64,000 nt of DNA from Octopus vulgaris (taxonomy: Eukaryota). The position numbers and the translations under genes were made by a program. The notes under the pieces were generated by a model. The model ran no database searches. It worked only from the letters and a program-made list of their open reading frames with translations, and was not told the DNA's origin. Of the stretch, positions 1 to 13,074 are shown piece by piece. Within the stretch, counting starts at the first letter, position 1; each line of letters opens with the position of its first letter. The stretch is taken from assembly GCA_951406725.2 (NCBI GenBank), contig OX597816.1, positions 107,818,001 to 107,882,000 of the forward strand, written 5' to 3'.

Positions 1-317
1 CTTGTTGATATATATGTATGTATATGTGTACATGTATGTATATATATGTGTGTGTGTGTATGTGTGTATGTATGTATTTGTATATGTATATGTGTGTGTG
101 TATATGTATGTGTGCGCGTGTGTGTGTATGTATGTGTATGTATATTTATATATGTATATGCATGTATATATATGTGTGTGTATATGTGTATTATGTATGT
201 ATTTATATGGATATGATATTTATATATATATGTATGTATATGCATCTGTCTGTGTGTGTGTATGTGTATATATGTGTATCATTATTGCGTATGTATACAT
301 GTATATGTGTATATGTA

Positions 318-356
<39 letters not shown>

Positions 357-359
357 GGG

Positions 360-390
<31 letters not shown>

Positions 391-479
391 ATGTGTATGT
401 ACATGTATATGTGTGTGTGTGTATATATATATATATGTTTATATGTGAGTATGTAGAGATATAAGTATATGCATGTGTA

Positions 480-527
<48 letters not shown>

Positions 528-677
528 GGTATGTGTATCAGTGTATATGTATATATGTATGTGTGTGTGTATGTATATGTATGTATATGTGTATATATGT
601 ATGGGTATATGTGTATATATGTGTATATATATGTATGTGTGTGTATGTGTATGTATGTGTATATGTGTATGTATGTG

Positions 678-732
<55 letters not shown>

Positions 733-1041
733 GTATGTATGTGTATATATATATATATATATATGAGTGCGTGTGTGTATGTATGCATATATGTATGTAT
801 GCATGTATATGTGTATGTATATATGTGTGTAGGTGTGTGCATATATGTATATGTAAGTATGTGTGCGTGTATGAGTATGTATGTATGCTTGCACACGTGT
901 ATTTATGTGTGTGTGTGTATATATATGGACGCGCGTGCGTGTGTGCACGTGTATGGGTACGCATGTATATGTGTATGTGCGTGTATGTGTATACGTGTAT
1001 GTATGTATGTGTGTGCGTATATTTGTATATGTATGTGTGAG

Positions 1042-1081
<40 letters not shown>

Positions 1082-1283
1082 TGGGTGTGTGTATGCGTAT
1101 AAATGCATGTAAGTATGGATGTACGGATGTATGTATGTATGTATACGTATGTATGTGTTTGTGTGTATATGTATGTATGTGTGTGTATGTGTGTATATAT
1201 ATATATATGTGTGTATATATGTTTGTGTATGTATATATATGTGTATGTATGTGTGTGTATATATGTATGTGTGTATGTGTATG

Positions 1284-1359
<76 letters not shown>

Positions 1360-1397
1360 TATGTATCTGTATGTAGGAGTATATGTGTGTGTGTGTA

Positions 1398-1428
<31 letters not shown>

Positions 1429-1754
1429 GTATATTTATTGGTGTATATGTATAGACTAGCCTCCTAAAGTGTAGACACGAATCTGTAGGTACGAGTACGT
1501 ATGTGTATATACGTGAACGTATGTAGATGTTTGTATGTATGAATATAACGCGTGCGTACGTGTATGTGTATGAGTGTACGAATGGGTGAATGTACGTGCT
1601 AATGAGTGTGCGTGCGGGAATGAGTACTTGCCTTCTAGTAGACAGACAAATGGACATGCTGCCATAGCCAGGACCCTTAGCTCTAGCGATCAAAGATAAC
1701 AAAAGTAATAAATGAAGATAATAAAATTAAAATTAGGGAATGGGCCTGTATTGG

Positions 1755-1801
<47 letters not shown>

Positions 1802-1900
1802 GTGTATGAGTAGGTATGTATAGGTACACATGTGTATGTGTATGTGTATGTATGTGTGTATATGTATGTATGTGCACACATGTATATATATGTATGCGTG

Positions 1901-1931
<31 letters not shown>

Positions 1932-2233
1932 GTACATATGTGTATGTGGGTGTATGTATATATAGGTGTAAATATGTGTATATAGGGAACTAGGTGTGTT
2001 GTGTGTGCATAAGTGTATGTGCGTATGAATATATATTTTTCTGTGTATATATGTATGTGTGGTCGTGGGTATATATATACATGTGTGTATGCGTGCATGC
2101 ATGGGAGTGAGTGTATGCATATATACGTGTGTGTATGTGTAGACAGGTATATGCATGTGCATGTGTATAAATTTGTATATGTGGGCGGGTGTATGTATGT
2201 GTGTATGTAGATATGTATGTATATGTGTGTGTA

Positions 2234-2296
<63 letters not shown>

Positions 2297-2330
2297 ATAT
2301 ATATGTGTGTAGATACGTATACATATGTGT
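1..2330. repeat. Compound (TA)n/(TG)n/(TATG)n microsatellite field
   Basis: Near-continuous alternating purine/pyrimidine dinucleotide and tetranucleotide repeats; the ORFs here are Y/I/M/C/V/H/T low-complexity translations. Confidence 0.95.
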
Positions 2331-2693
2331 ATAGGTATAAGTGAGAATCTCCTTATTTACCTATAACTCTATCCCCCCTTTTTTTATATATATATATAGA
2401 TTTTTTATATATATATTTTTTTATATATATTTTTTATTTTTTTATTTTTTTATTTTTTAATTTTATTTTATTTTATTTTTTTATTTTTTTATTTATTTAT
2501 TTTTTTATTTTATTTTATTTTTTTATTTTTTTATTTTTTTATTTATCTATTCTTTCATCTAACTTACCACTGACTCCTTGACCACTCCCCCAAGTATGAT
2601 ATTTTGCGCTATGCCTACCCCCAAAAAAGTCCCCCACCACCACTCCTTTAAACCTGCCTAAATGTATAAATGCTAATACAATTCTTGTTAAAT

Positions 2694-2744
2694 AGCTTCC
2701 TGAAGATTTCTCTTGAATGAAACAGTACTAGTCCTGTAGAAGCT
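2694..2744 (+). ncRNA. Type I hammerhead ribozyme motif (PLE pseudo-LTR type)
   Basis: AGCTTC-CTGAAGA-TTTC TCTT GAAT-GAAA-CAG TACTAGTC CTG-TA-GAAGCT. Has a 6-bp stem I, canonical CUGANGA/GAAA core, short stem II with a U.U closing mismatch, stem III CAG/CTG and a GUA cleavage triplet; (TA)n follows at ~2762. Confidence 0.75.
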
Positions 2745-2753
2745 CCTTCTATA

Positions 2754-2813
<60 letters not shown>

Positions 2814-3668
2814 CGTTTACGTGCTGGGGCAACACTTTGAACGAATTTAGTTGAACAATTCGAGTCCACCACTTATATTTTCACAAACATATGCAGGTGC
2901 AGGCTGCATATGTTTGTGCAATATCTGTTTGTAAGATTGGATCAAATTTCATCTGAAACTGTGAGTTTCATTTCGTTAATATACGTGGTGAAATTTACAC
3001 ACACCGACATTTAAATTCATTTTGTTCTGCCTTGATCTTTAAGTTTTTTTTAGAGATAATTCCCCTACATCTTTTTGAGCAGCAGGTAAGGACAAACCAA
3101 ATAACGGCAAATATTTAATGAAGTTTGATATAAACTACACAATCCTATCGTTCGTCCTGGCTACTTTGATACCCGTAGTGTAGACACAGTCTATGACAAG
3201 GTGTGATGGCAACTCCATTTAAAATTTTTATTTCAAATAGACTGTGTCTCATCTTAGTAGATATAGGTATCTCAGATATAATCTATTGTCAAATTTTCAA
3301 ACTTATAGTCGGGTAGTAGTATTCGGTAAACACTGTTATTACAAGTTCTTTACTGGTTAGTCACGGTCTCTCTACATTTCTAATTCGGATTCTGGAATGG
3401 TAGTATCTGCTACTCGATGAAGATCAAATATTTTAAAGCAGTAGGTTTGTTAAGCGCATTTTGCCTTGGTTTATCCATCGATGTTTAAATGCATAGCCAA
3501 AGACTTATACATATACACTCATAAACACACACACACGCGCACGCAGACACACACACTCACAAACACATGCACACATACACATATATGTATATATATGTAC
3601 ATATATATATGTATATATGCAAACATACATTTACATGTATATATATATGTGCGCATCTATCTACCTAC

Positions 3669-3744
<76 letters not shown>

Positions 3745-3812
3745 TTATTTATTTATCTATCTAGCTAACTAGCTATCTATCTGTTTGTCTGTCTGTCTAA
3801 CTACTTATCTAT

Positions 3813-3859
<47 letters not shown>

Positions 3860-4052
3860 CCGGAGTTAACACATAAATGTGAAACAAGGTGGAAAAAAGA
3901 GTACTCAAATACCAGTGGTAGAGTAATATGCTTTATTTAAAGCAGCAGAAAATTCAACAAAACCTGTTACTCTGAGTTTCACGTTCCCGACGAACGGGAA
4001 CGTGAAACTCAGAGTAATAGATTTTGTTAAATTTTCTGCTGCTTTAAATAAA

Positions 4053-4058
<6 letters not shown>
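3860..4058. mobile_element. Fold-back PLE pLTR fragment with partial hammerhead
   Basis: 64-bp inverted arms 3926-3989 and 3995-4058 around loop ACGAA. The loop and right arm read CCGACGA-ACG GGAA CGT-GAAA-CTCAGAG-TA. Flanked on both sides by (TA)n. Confidence 0.65.
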
Positions 4059-4111
<53 letters not shown>

Positions 4112-4825
4112 GAGAGAGATATGCATATATATATAGAGAGAGAGGGGGAGGAAGCGAATGAGAGCGGGAGATATAAATGTAGACATAGATTGACAGATGC
4201 ACATACACGCATATATATAGGTCAAACCATACATAATAAAAAAAATCGCTCTTACTGCAGCTTAATGCCTATTTATCTAGAAATAGGTATTGCATCAATA
4301 TCCAATATTTTAAATACAGAAGTATCTCTTCATAGAGAAAATATAAATATATATATATATATGTGTGTGTGTGTCAGAGATAGAAAGCTGGGCGAACATA
4401 TAAATATATCAATATTTCGCAACATAAATACATAAATACATATAAATCGTTTATCACATCCACAGATAAGGGAATAACTTTGAAGACTTCTGTAGAATTT
4501 GGTCATAGATGCCATATTGACTTCATTTTCATTTATGAAATTGTTTCTGCATAGAACTGTGCACAGTCAAAAACTAGCTTGAAAAGACTTGAGAAAAAGG
4601 TCATATATATTTTGACCTGTCCTGTACGATATGATTTGCACTGAAAATGTTATGTTGCTGTTTTTTTTTTCTGTTTTGGCTTCTCATTTTTATATTTAAT
4701 TTTCTCTTTCAGAAATTCACCTCGTATTGAATGATTCCTTTTGTTGCTCTATCTATTTTCGCCATGTAATGTTACTTGACATATATTTATGCATGCATGT
4801 GTGTATGCATGCATGTATGTATGTA

Positions 4826-5031
4826 TGTATGTATGTATGTTTGTATGTATGTATGCATGTATGTATGCATGTATGTATGTACGTATGTATGTATCTATCT
4901 ATGCATATATATATGTATATAAATGTATATACATATATGCATGTATATATTTATATAGCTGTATATATATATGCATACATATATATAGTTGTATATACAT
5001 ACCTATATATATATATATATATAAATATAGT

Positions 5032-5109
<78 letters not shown>

Positions 5110-5287
5110 ACTATATTTATATATATATATATATATAGGTATGTATATACAACTATATATATGTATGCATATATATATACAGCTATATAAATATATACAT
5201 GCATATATGTATATACATTTATATACATATATATATGCATAGATAGATACATACATACGTACATACATACATGCATACATACATGCA

Positions 5288-5315
<28 letters not shown>
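4826..5315. repeat. ~490-bp near-perfect palindrome of irregular microsatellite sequence centred on a (TA)n tract
   Basis: Position 4881 pairs with 5260 (centre ~5070). Identical peptides appear in ORFs 4727..5242(+) and 4899..5510(-). Confidence 0.9.
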
Positions 5316-5350
<35 letters not shown>

Positions 5351-5528
5351 CATCTGTATATATATGTGTGTATATGCGTGTGTGGGGGTGTGTGTGTATG
5401 CCTATGCGAGTGTATGTATATATATATATGCATATAAATGTGTGTGTGTAATAGATACATACACATATATGTATACATATATATATATGCATATATACAT
5501 ACACACACATATATATATATATTATATA

Positions 5529-5798
5529 TATCTATACAATAATATGTTACATTACTCGATAGTCAAGATAAAACTCTGAGTTTCAGATGTCGAAGTGGAA
5601 ATCCACAACACCATCTCTTCGGTTATCTGGCTTAGCCAGATAACCGAAGAGATGGTGTTGTGGATTTCCACTTCGACATCTGAAACTCAGAGTTTTATCT
5701 TGACTACCGAGTAACGTAACATATTATTGTATAGATAAATTTCCTCTATTTACATAATATTCAGGTCTCTTTCTTTCTTTTGTTATCTTACCGTTTTA

Positions 5799-5802
<4 letters not shown>
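5529..5802. mobile_element. Fold-back PLE pLTR with a hammerhead-like motif in each arm
   Basis: 103-bp inverted arms 5529-5631 and 5635-5737 with 2 mismatches seen. Right arm 5638-5700 reads AGATAA-CCGAAGA-GATG...CATC-T-GAAA-CTCAGAG-TT-TTATCT. A unique tail runs to ~5802, then (TA)n. Confidence 0.7.
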
Positions 5803-5863
<61 letters not shown>

Positions 5864-5885
5864 TGATACCGTTACCTCTCATAAC

Positions 5886-5980
<95 letters not shown>

Positions 5981-6635
5981 TTATATACATGCATATATGT
6001 ATTCATTTCCGCTTGCTGTTTATCTGTGTTTCTTTCTTTGTTTTCTCGTTGTCTCGTATGTCATTCCTTCTTTTTATCCTTAATTCTGTCTTAAGTTCAT
6101 TCGTTTTTACCTTCTATTATTTCGCTTTTTTCTCTTTTCTTCATTTCAACGTTCACGCTTCTCTCTGTCTTTCATTTAATCTGCATTAATTCTTTCTTTC
6201 ATTAATTTCTCTGTTTTCTTTCCATTCTCTTTCGTCAAGTGCCTTTCTTTTTGTTATATCTCTTTCTGTCATTCTTTTGCTTTTGAGAGTTCGTTTCTTT
6301 CATTTTATTCATCTTTTTATCCTTTCGCTCTTTCCTTCTTTATTTAATTCTTTCATTCTCCCGCTTTCCCTCCCTTCCCTCCCTTCCCTCCTGCTGTTTT
6401 TGTCTCTTCCTTTTCTCGTTTCTCTATTATTTTCTTCATTCTTTTCTTCTTTCATTTTGATGACGTACACTTTTCGTATTTGAATTCTTACCTAATATTT
6501 ATTCTAAATATGTTTCTTATATATTCTTTACTTTTGACATACCAATGGCATCATTGGAAATTATAGCAAAGTCAGAAAACAGATTCCCCTGAAAATACCT
6601 CTTTGTTGCCAATTCATTATTAAATATACTATACT

Positions 6636-7290
<655 letters not shown>

Positions 7291-7462
7291 TATGTACGTC
7301 AAAAGACGTAAACTTGAAAAACGAGAATATGAAATACAAAAACATGGAGAACGAACCTTTTTGCGAACAAATAGAAAAACAAATAGAAGAAACAAGACAG
7401 GCAACATAAAAAACAATTTCTTCATCTGGTGCCCACTCTTTTATCTACTCCGCATTTCGGGC

Positions 7463-7494
<32 letters not shown>

Positions 7495-7805
7495 TTGTGT
7501 GTATCTATGTGTGTGTGTGTGTGTGCGTGTGTGTGTGAGTGTGTGTGTATAACTTATAACTTTACAATCCTTGCTAAGGATAGATCTGACACGGATTAGA
7601 AATCACCAACGAGATTACCTGATTTCGATATTGGGTCTGAACTAGAATTTTAATTTCACACGAAAGCATATTTTACCTGTAGTACGTTGCTAATAGAGAC
7701 AAACATCATTTTAAAGCATCGCGCCTCTTTTCAAATTGTGTCAAATGTGTATAACGTTTCTGTATTTAGTTTGCAAGATGCATGATGTAAATTCGTTTGT
7801 TCTCT

Positions 7806-7841
7806 ATGCATTATGTTGTGTCTTGGGAGAGTCATGACATC

Positions 7842-7889
<48 letters not shown>

Positions 7890-8014
7890 GCACGCACTGG
7901 CTCACTTTCACTTTTTATTGCTATCTTCATCTAACAATAAATAAGTGGAATTGAACTTGAGCGTGCGGTATTATTATTGATGTCATGACTTTCCCAAGAG
8001 ACAACTTGATGTAT
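7806..8014. mobile_element. MITE/fold-back-like imperfect inverted repeat (second copy ~10225-10428)
   Basis: GTTGTGTCTTGGGAGAGTCATGACATCAATAATAA pairs with TTATTATTGATGTCATGACTTTCCCAAGAGACAAC; the inner sequence is also partly self-complementary. Confidence 0.55.
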
Positions 8015-9160
8015 ACAGGAAAACAAAGTAATCACTCTCATAGGGACTCGAGTCTCTAAAGGTCGAGTTTCAATGGACTCCTAAGTTCAATGCAATTGTC
8101 ATAATGACTAGTCTAAGTTAGGTATATTCTCTTATAACGTCTCGAACCACCCCAAGTAACGCAAATTCAATAAAAACTGAAGTTAAGACGTATTGTATTC
8201 AACAACCAGGAAAGGGTCACAATACATTCAAGAACCACTTTATGCGCGAATTACAGCATACGTTTGGGAGTAGGTGAGACATTACTATTAATTTTATGAA
8301 GCTTCCTTACGTTGATGAGCATTTTCCATGTCCATAACGCAAAAGCTTGTAGTTCACTTCCGTTCCAGGAAATGCTTCTAGCTTTGACAATTTACTGACC
8401 ATTTATAAAGTGTCACTGTTTCACATGAATGTAATTCTCACAAGTGCACAATGATGTGTTAATGCTGAATACGCAGAAACCCTTCAGAAACACGATCAAA
8501 TAAATAAAGTTAAATTCGAGAGAGCAAATTTTCATTCACCTATATGCAACAAGCATTAATACACTGGTGTTTGGCATCCTTTAGTACTACCACAACGATT
8601 TCTATCCTTTACTACACCGATGCAGCTCATAACTCCTATTGTGTCTTACTGAAAATCTGCGCTGAAGGATTTCTCCATGAGTTTCATCCAAGCACTTGTC
8701 TCGTGGAATTTCAACAGGCAACGAACTCTACAAAGTTTCAAATGCATATAAATTGCAATTAATTCAAGAGTTTAAAAGTACGAATGAAAATCGAAGTAAA
8801 ATATTTATCTTCAACTGCAAAATAAAGTAAAGATCAATGTAATATCAGTTGTACATGACAAAATCTACACTTCAAATGAAGGATCTTTGTTTAAATGGTA
8901 GTATCTCTGGCATTAACATCGGTGAAGTTTAAATAACGTACAACTCCACAATAGAATCAATGTATGTGAATGCTGAACCTATGTGGTATATCGGCTACGC
9001 GAATGCAATACGCTCGCTTTCAACAAGATCGACGGCTGCACTAACCTAATTTTTCTCCTTTTCATCAACTTCAGTGTTATCCTCCTTATCAGCAACAACA
9101 CAACAATCAATATCAACAGCAACAATTAATTAAATCTCAACATTACGTTTCTCATAAGAA

Positions 9161-9375
9161 AGCGGGCTGGCAGAATCGCAACACGCCGAGCAAAATGTTT
9201 AACGGCATTTCGTCCGTCTTTTACATTCTGAGTTCAAATACCACCAAGGTCGATTTTGTCTTTCATCCTTTCGGGCGTGGATAAATTTAGTACCAGTTGA
9301 ACTCTGGGGTTGATGTAATCGACTTACCCTCTTCTCCTAACCTGCTGTCCTTGTGTCAAACTTTCAAGTCAATAT
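9161..9375 (+). mobile_element. tRNA-derived SINE, family B (Octopus-type)
   Basis: GCTGGCAGAATCG head, B-box-like GAGTTCAAAT, and body GGTCGA..TTTCATCCTTTCGGG..AGTACCAGTT shared with many copies in the window. Confidence 0.75.
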
Positions 9376-9713
9376 TCCTTTCTCGTAAAACTAGGAGTTA
9401 TGGTTTTTCAGTTCAAATCCCGCCAAGGTCAATTTTGTCATTCACCTTTACGGATTCAACAAAGTAAGCAGCAGTTAGTTACTGAGATCAATATGTTCTA
9501 CTGTTCGTTCCTTTTAAATTTGAGGCCTTATGCAATGATATTCTTACACGAGCGAGAGCTACGAAGAATCCTATCCGTGATTGCTTGATCTGCTGGTAGC
9601 AGGAGCCAGACAAATTTCATACTCATCAGTTTTGGAGAAGATACAGTGTTGGCTATACCCTTGTAAAAACTAAGACTGAATGCAACTGTTTCAATACCGC
9701 TTGGGGGAAAATT

Positions 9714-9805
<92 letters not shown>

Positions 9806-9861
9806 CGTATGTATGTATATGTATATATACACACGTAAATGTCAAACGATGAAATGCATAC

Positions 9862-9899
<38 letters not shown>

Positions 9900-9908
9900 A
9901 TGTGTGTA

Positions 9909-9940
<32 letters not shown>

Positions 9941-9969
9941 TGTGTGTGCGTGTGCGTGTGTGTGTGTAT

Positions 9970-10260
9970 AACTTATAACTTTACAATCCTTGCTAAGGAT
10001 AGATCTGACACGGATTAGAAATCACCAATGAGATTAGCTGATTTCGATATTGGGTCTTAACTAGAATTTTAATTCCACACGAAAGCATATTTTACCTGTA
10101 GTACGTTGCTAATAGAGACAAACATCATTTTAAAGCATCGCGCCTCTTTTCAAATTGTGTCAAATGTGTATAAAGTTTCTGTATTTTGTTTGCAAGATGC
10201 ATGACGTGAATTCGTTTGTTCTCTATGCATTATGTTGTGTCTTGGGAGAGTCATGACATC

Positions 10261-10295
<35 letters not shown>

Positions 10296-12127
10296 TGAGG
10301 CACGCACTGGCTCACTTTCACTTTTTTATTGCTATCTTCATCTAACAATAAATAAGTGGAATTGAACTTGAGCGTAGGTATTATTATTATTGATGTCATG
10401 ACTTTCCCAAGATTCAACTTGATGTATACAGGAAAACAAAGTAATCACTCTCACATGGACTCGAGTCTCTAAAGGTCGAGTTTCAATGAACTCTTAAGTT
10501 CATTACAATCGTCATAATGACTAGTCTAAGTTAGGAATACTCTCTTATAACGTCTCGAACCACCCCAAGTAACGCAAATTCAATAAAAACTGAAGTTAAG
10601 ACGTATTGTATTCAACAACCAGGAAAGGGTCACAGTACATTCAAGAACCCCTTTATGCGCGAATTACAGCATACGTTTGGGAGTAGGCGAGACATTGCTA
10701 TTAATTTTATGAAGCTTCCTTACGTTGATGAGCATTTTCCATGTCCATAACGCAAAAGCTTGTAGTTCACTTCCGTTCCAGGAAATGCTTCTAGCTTTGA
10801 CAATTTACTGACCATTTATAAAGTGTCTCTGCTTCACATGAATGTAATTCTCACAAGTGCACAATGATGTGTTAATGCTGAATACGCAGAAACCCTTCAG
10901 AAACACGATCAAATAAATAAAGTTAAATTCGAGAGAGCAAATTTTCATTCACCTATATGCAACAAGCATTAATACACTGGTGTTTGGCATCCTTTAGTAC
11001 TACCACAACGATTTCTATCCTTTACTACACCGATGCAGCTCATAACTCCTATTGTGTCTTACTGAAAATCTGCGCTGAAGGATTTCTCCATGAGTTTCAT
11101 CCAAGCACTTGTCTCGTGGAATTTCAACAGGCAACGAACTCTACAAAGTTTCAAATGCATATAAATTGCAATTAATTCAAGAGTTTAAAAGTACGAATGA
11201 AAATCGAAGTAAAATATTTATCTTCAACTGCAAAATAAAGTAAAGATCAATGTAATATCAGTTGTACATGACAAAATCTACACTTCAAATGAAGGATCTT
11301 TGTTTAAATGGTAGTATCTCTGGCATTAACATCGGTGAAGTTTAAATAACGTACAACTCCACAATAGAATCAATGTATGTGAATCCTGAACCTATGTGGT
11401 ATATCGGCTACGCGAATGCAATACGCTCGCTTTCAACAAGATCGACGGCTGCACTAACCTAATTTTTCTCCTTTTCATCAACTCCAGTGTTATCCTCCTT
11501 ATCAGCAACAACACAACAATCAATATCAACAGCAACAATTAATTAAATCTCAACATTACGTTTCTCATAAGAAAGCGGGCTGGCAGCATCGCAACACGCC
11601 GAGCAAAATGTTTAACGGCATTTCGTCCGTCTTTTACATTCTGAGTTCAAATACCACCAAGGTCGATTTTGTCTTTCATCCTTTCGGGCGTGGATAAATT
11701 TAGTACCAGTTGAACTCTGGGGTCGATGTAATCGACTTACCCTCTTCTCCTAACCTGCTGTCCTTGTGTCAAACTTTCAAGTCAATATTCCTTTCTCGTA
11801 AAACTAGGAGTTATGGTTTTTGAGTTCAAATCCCGCCAAGGTCAATTTTGTCATTCACCTTTACGGATTCAACAAAGTAAGCAGCAGTTAGTTACTGAGA
11901 TCAATATGTTCTACTGTTCGCTCCTTTTAAATTTGAGGCCTTATGCAATGATATTCTTACACGAGCGAGAGCTACGAAGAATCCTATCCGTGATTGCTTG
12001 ATCTGCTGGTAGCAGGAGCCAGACAAATTTCATACTCATCAGTTTTGGAGAAGATACAGTGTTGGCTATAACCTTATAAAAACTAAGACTGAATGCAACT
12101 GTTTCAATACCGCTTGGGGGACAATTC

Positions 12128-12177
<50 letters not shown>

Positions 12178-12227
12178 ATGTATGTATATGTATATATATA
12201 CACACGTAAATGTCAAACGATGAAATG

Positions 12228-12234
<7 letters not shown>
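9970..12234 (+). repeat. Tandem segmental duplication, copy 2
   Basis: Colinear with 7551-9863 and ends at the shared GTCAAACGATGAAATGCATACAT. Confidence 0.95.
11574..11788 (+). mobile_element. tRNA-derived SINE, family B (duplicated with the segment)
   Basis: Same sequence as 9161-9375, within duplication copy 2. Confidence 0.75.
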
Positions 12235-12284
<50 letters not shown>

Positions 12285-12668
12285 ATGTGTGCACATACAT
12301 ATGTGTGTGTGTGTGTTTCTGCGTCTCTATGTAGTTAACATTTACGGCTACATTTCTTTTAATCACAGGAATAATATATTAAGGATGAACGAGGGTTAAT
12401 CAATAACTAAAATAACACTAATTACTTGAATTTTTACATGGTTACTAGTATTGATTTTAGTGAAAGCATGAAGTACGACTTATTTTGAAGTAATTTCGCA
12501 GAAGGCCAATTGACACCAGGGAAATGTGAGTGAGAAAGAGGAATATAGATTCAGTGATCTAACAATTCACAACTCCTTTAGATCTTTACTTTTATGTTAA
12601 TTTCAATGATAATGTCATGCAGGATCATGATGATAAATAAATTTCAGATTTGACAATGAGTGTTTCGG

Positions 12669-12790
<122 letters not shown>

Positions 12791-13074
12791 TCGCTTAAAC
12801 ATACACACACATACTTCTATTTGGGTTGAAGTGATTTCTCTTTACTTACACTAGTAATGTATTGTGGTGGGCAAAGATAATGTAAGTAATATATAATAAC
12901 GATATAGTGAATAAAATTTCTTATTCAACTTTAGCCAGAATCCATTGTATTAAGTTAATAGTCGAAAGTAATTAAATATTAGTGAACGTAATATACATTT
13001 ATTTACTTTCTATATTTCTTACACCCTGCTAACAAACATGCAGGTTCACTGGCTACACACAACACATACATATA

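Larger units (their letters stand above)
7551..9863 (+). repeat. Tandem segmental duplication, copy 1 (~2.4-kb period)
   Basis: Starts AACTTATAACTTTACAATCC at 7551 and again at 9970. Identical 72-aa ORFs at 8544 and 10957. Scattered substitutions between the copies. Confidence 0.95.

Noticed and set aside
2-2324. Long ORFs up to 499 aa, and similar Y/I/C/V/H/T-rich ORFs throughout the window
   Set aside because: They are translations of dinucleotide and tetranucleotide microsatellites that lack stop codons by composition.
7293-7462. Possible permuted hammerhead on the minus strand (CGAAATGCGGAGTAG...CCAGATGA) between TA tracts
   Set aside because: The core is too degenerate and the stems cannot be built; probably a repeat remnant but unsupported.
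8544-8762. 72-aa ORF present twice identically (also 10957-11175)
   Set aside because: Identity is explained by the recent tandem duplication; no recognisable domain.
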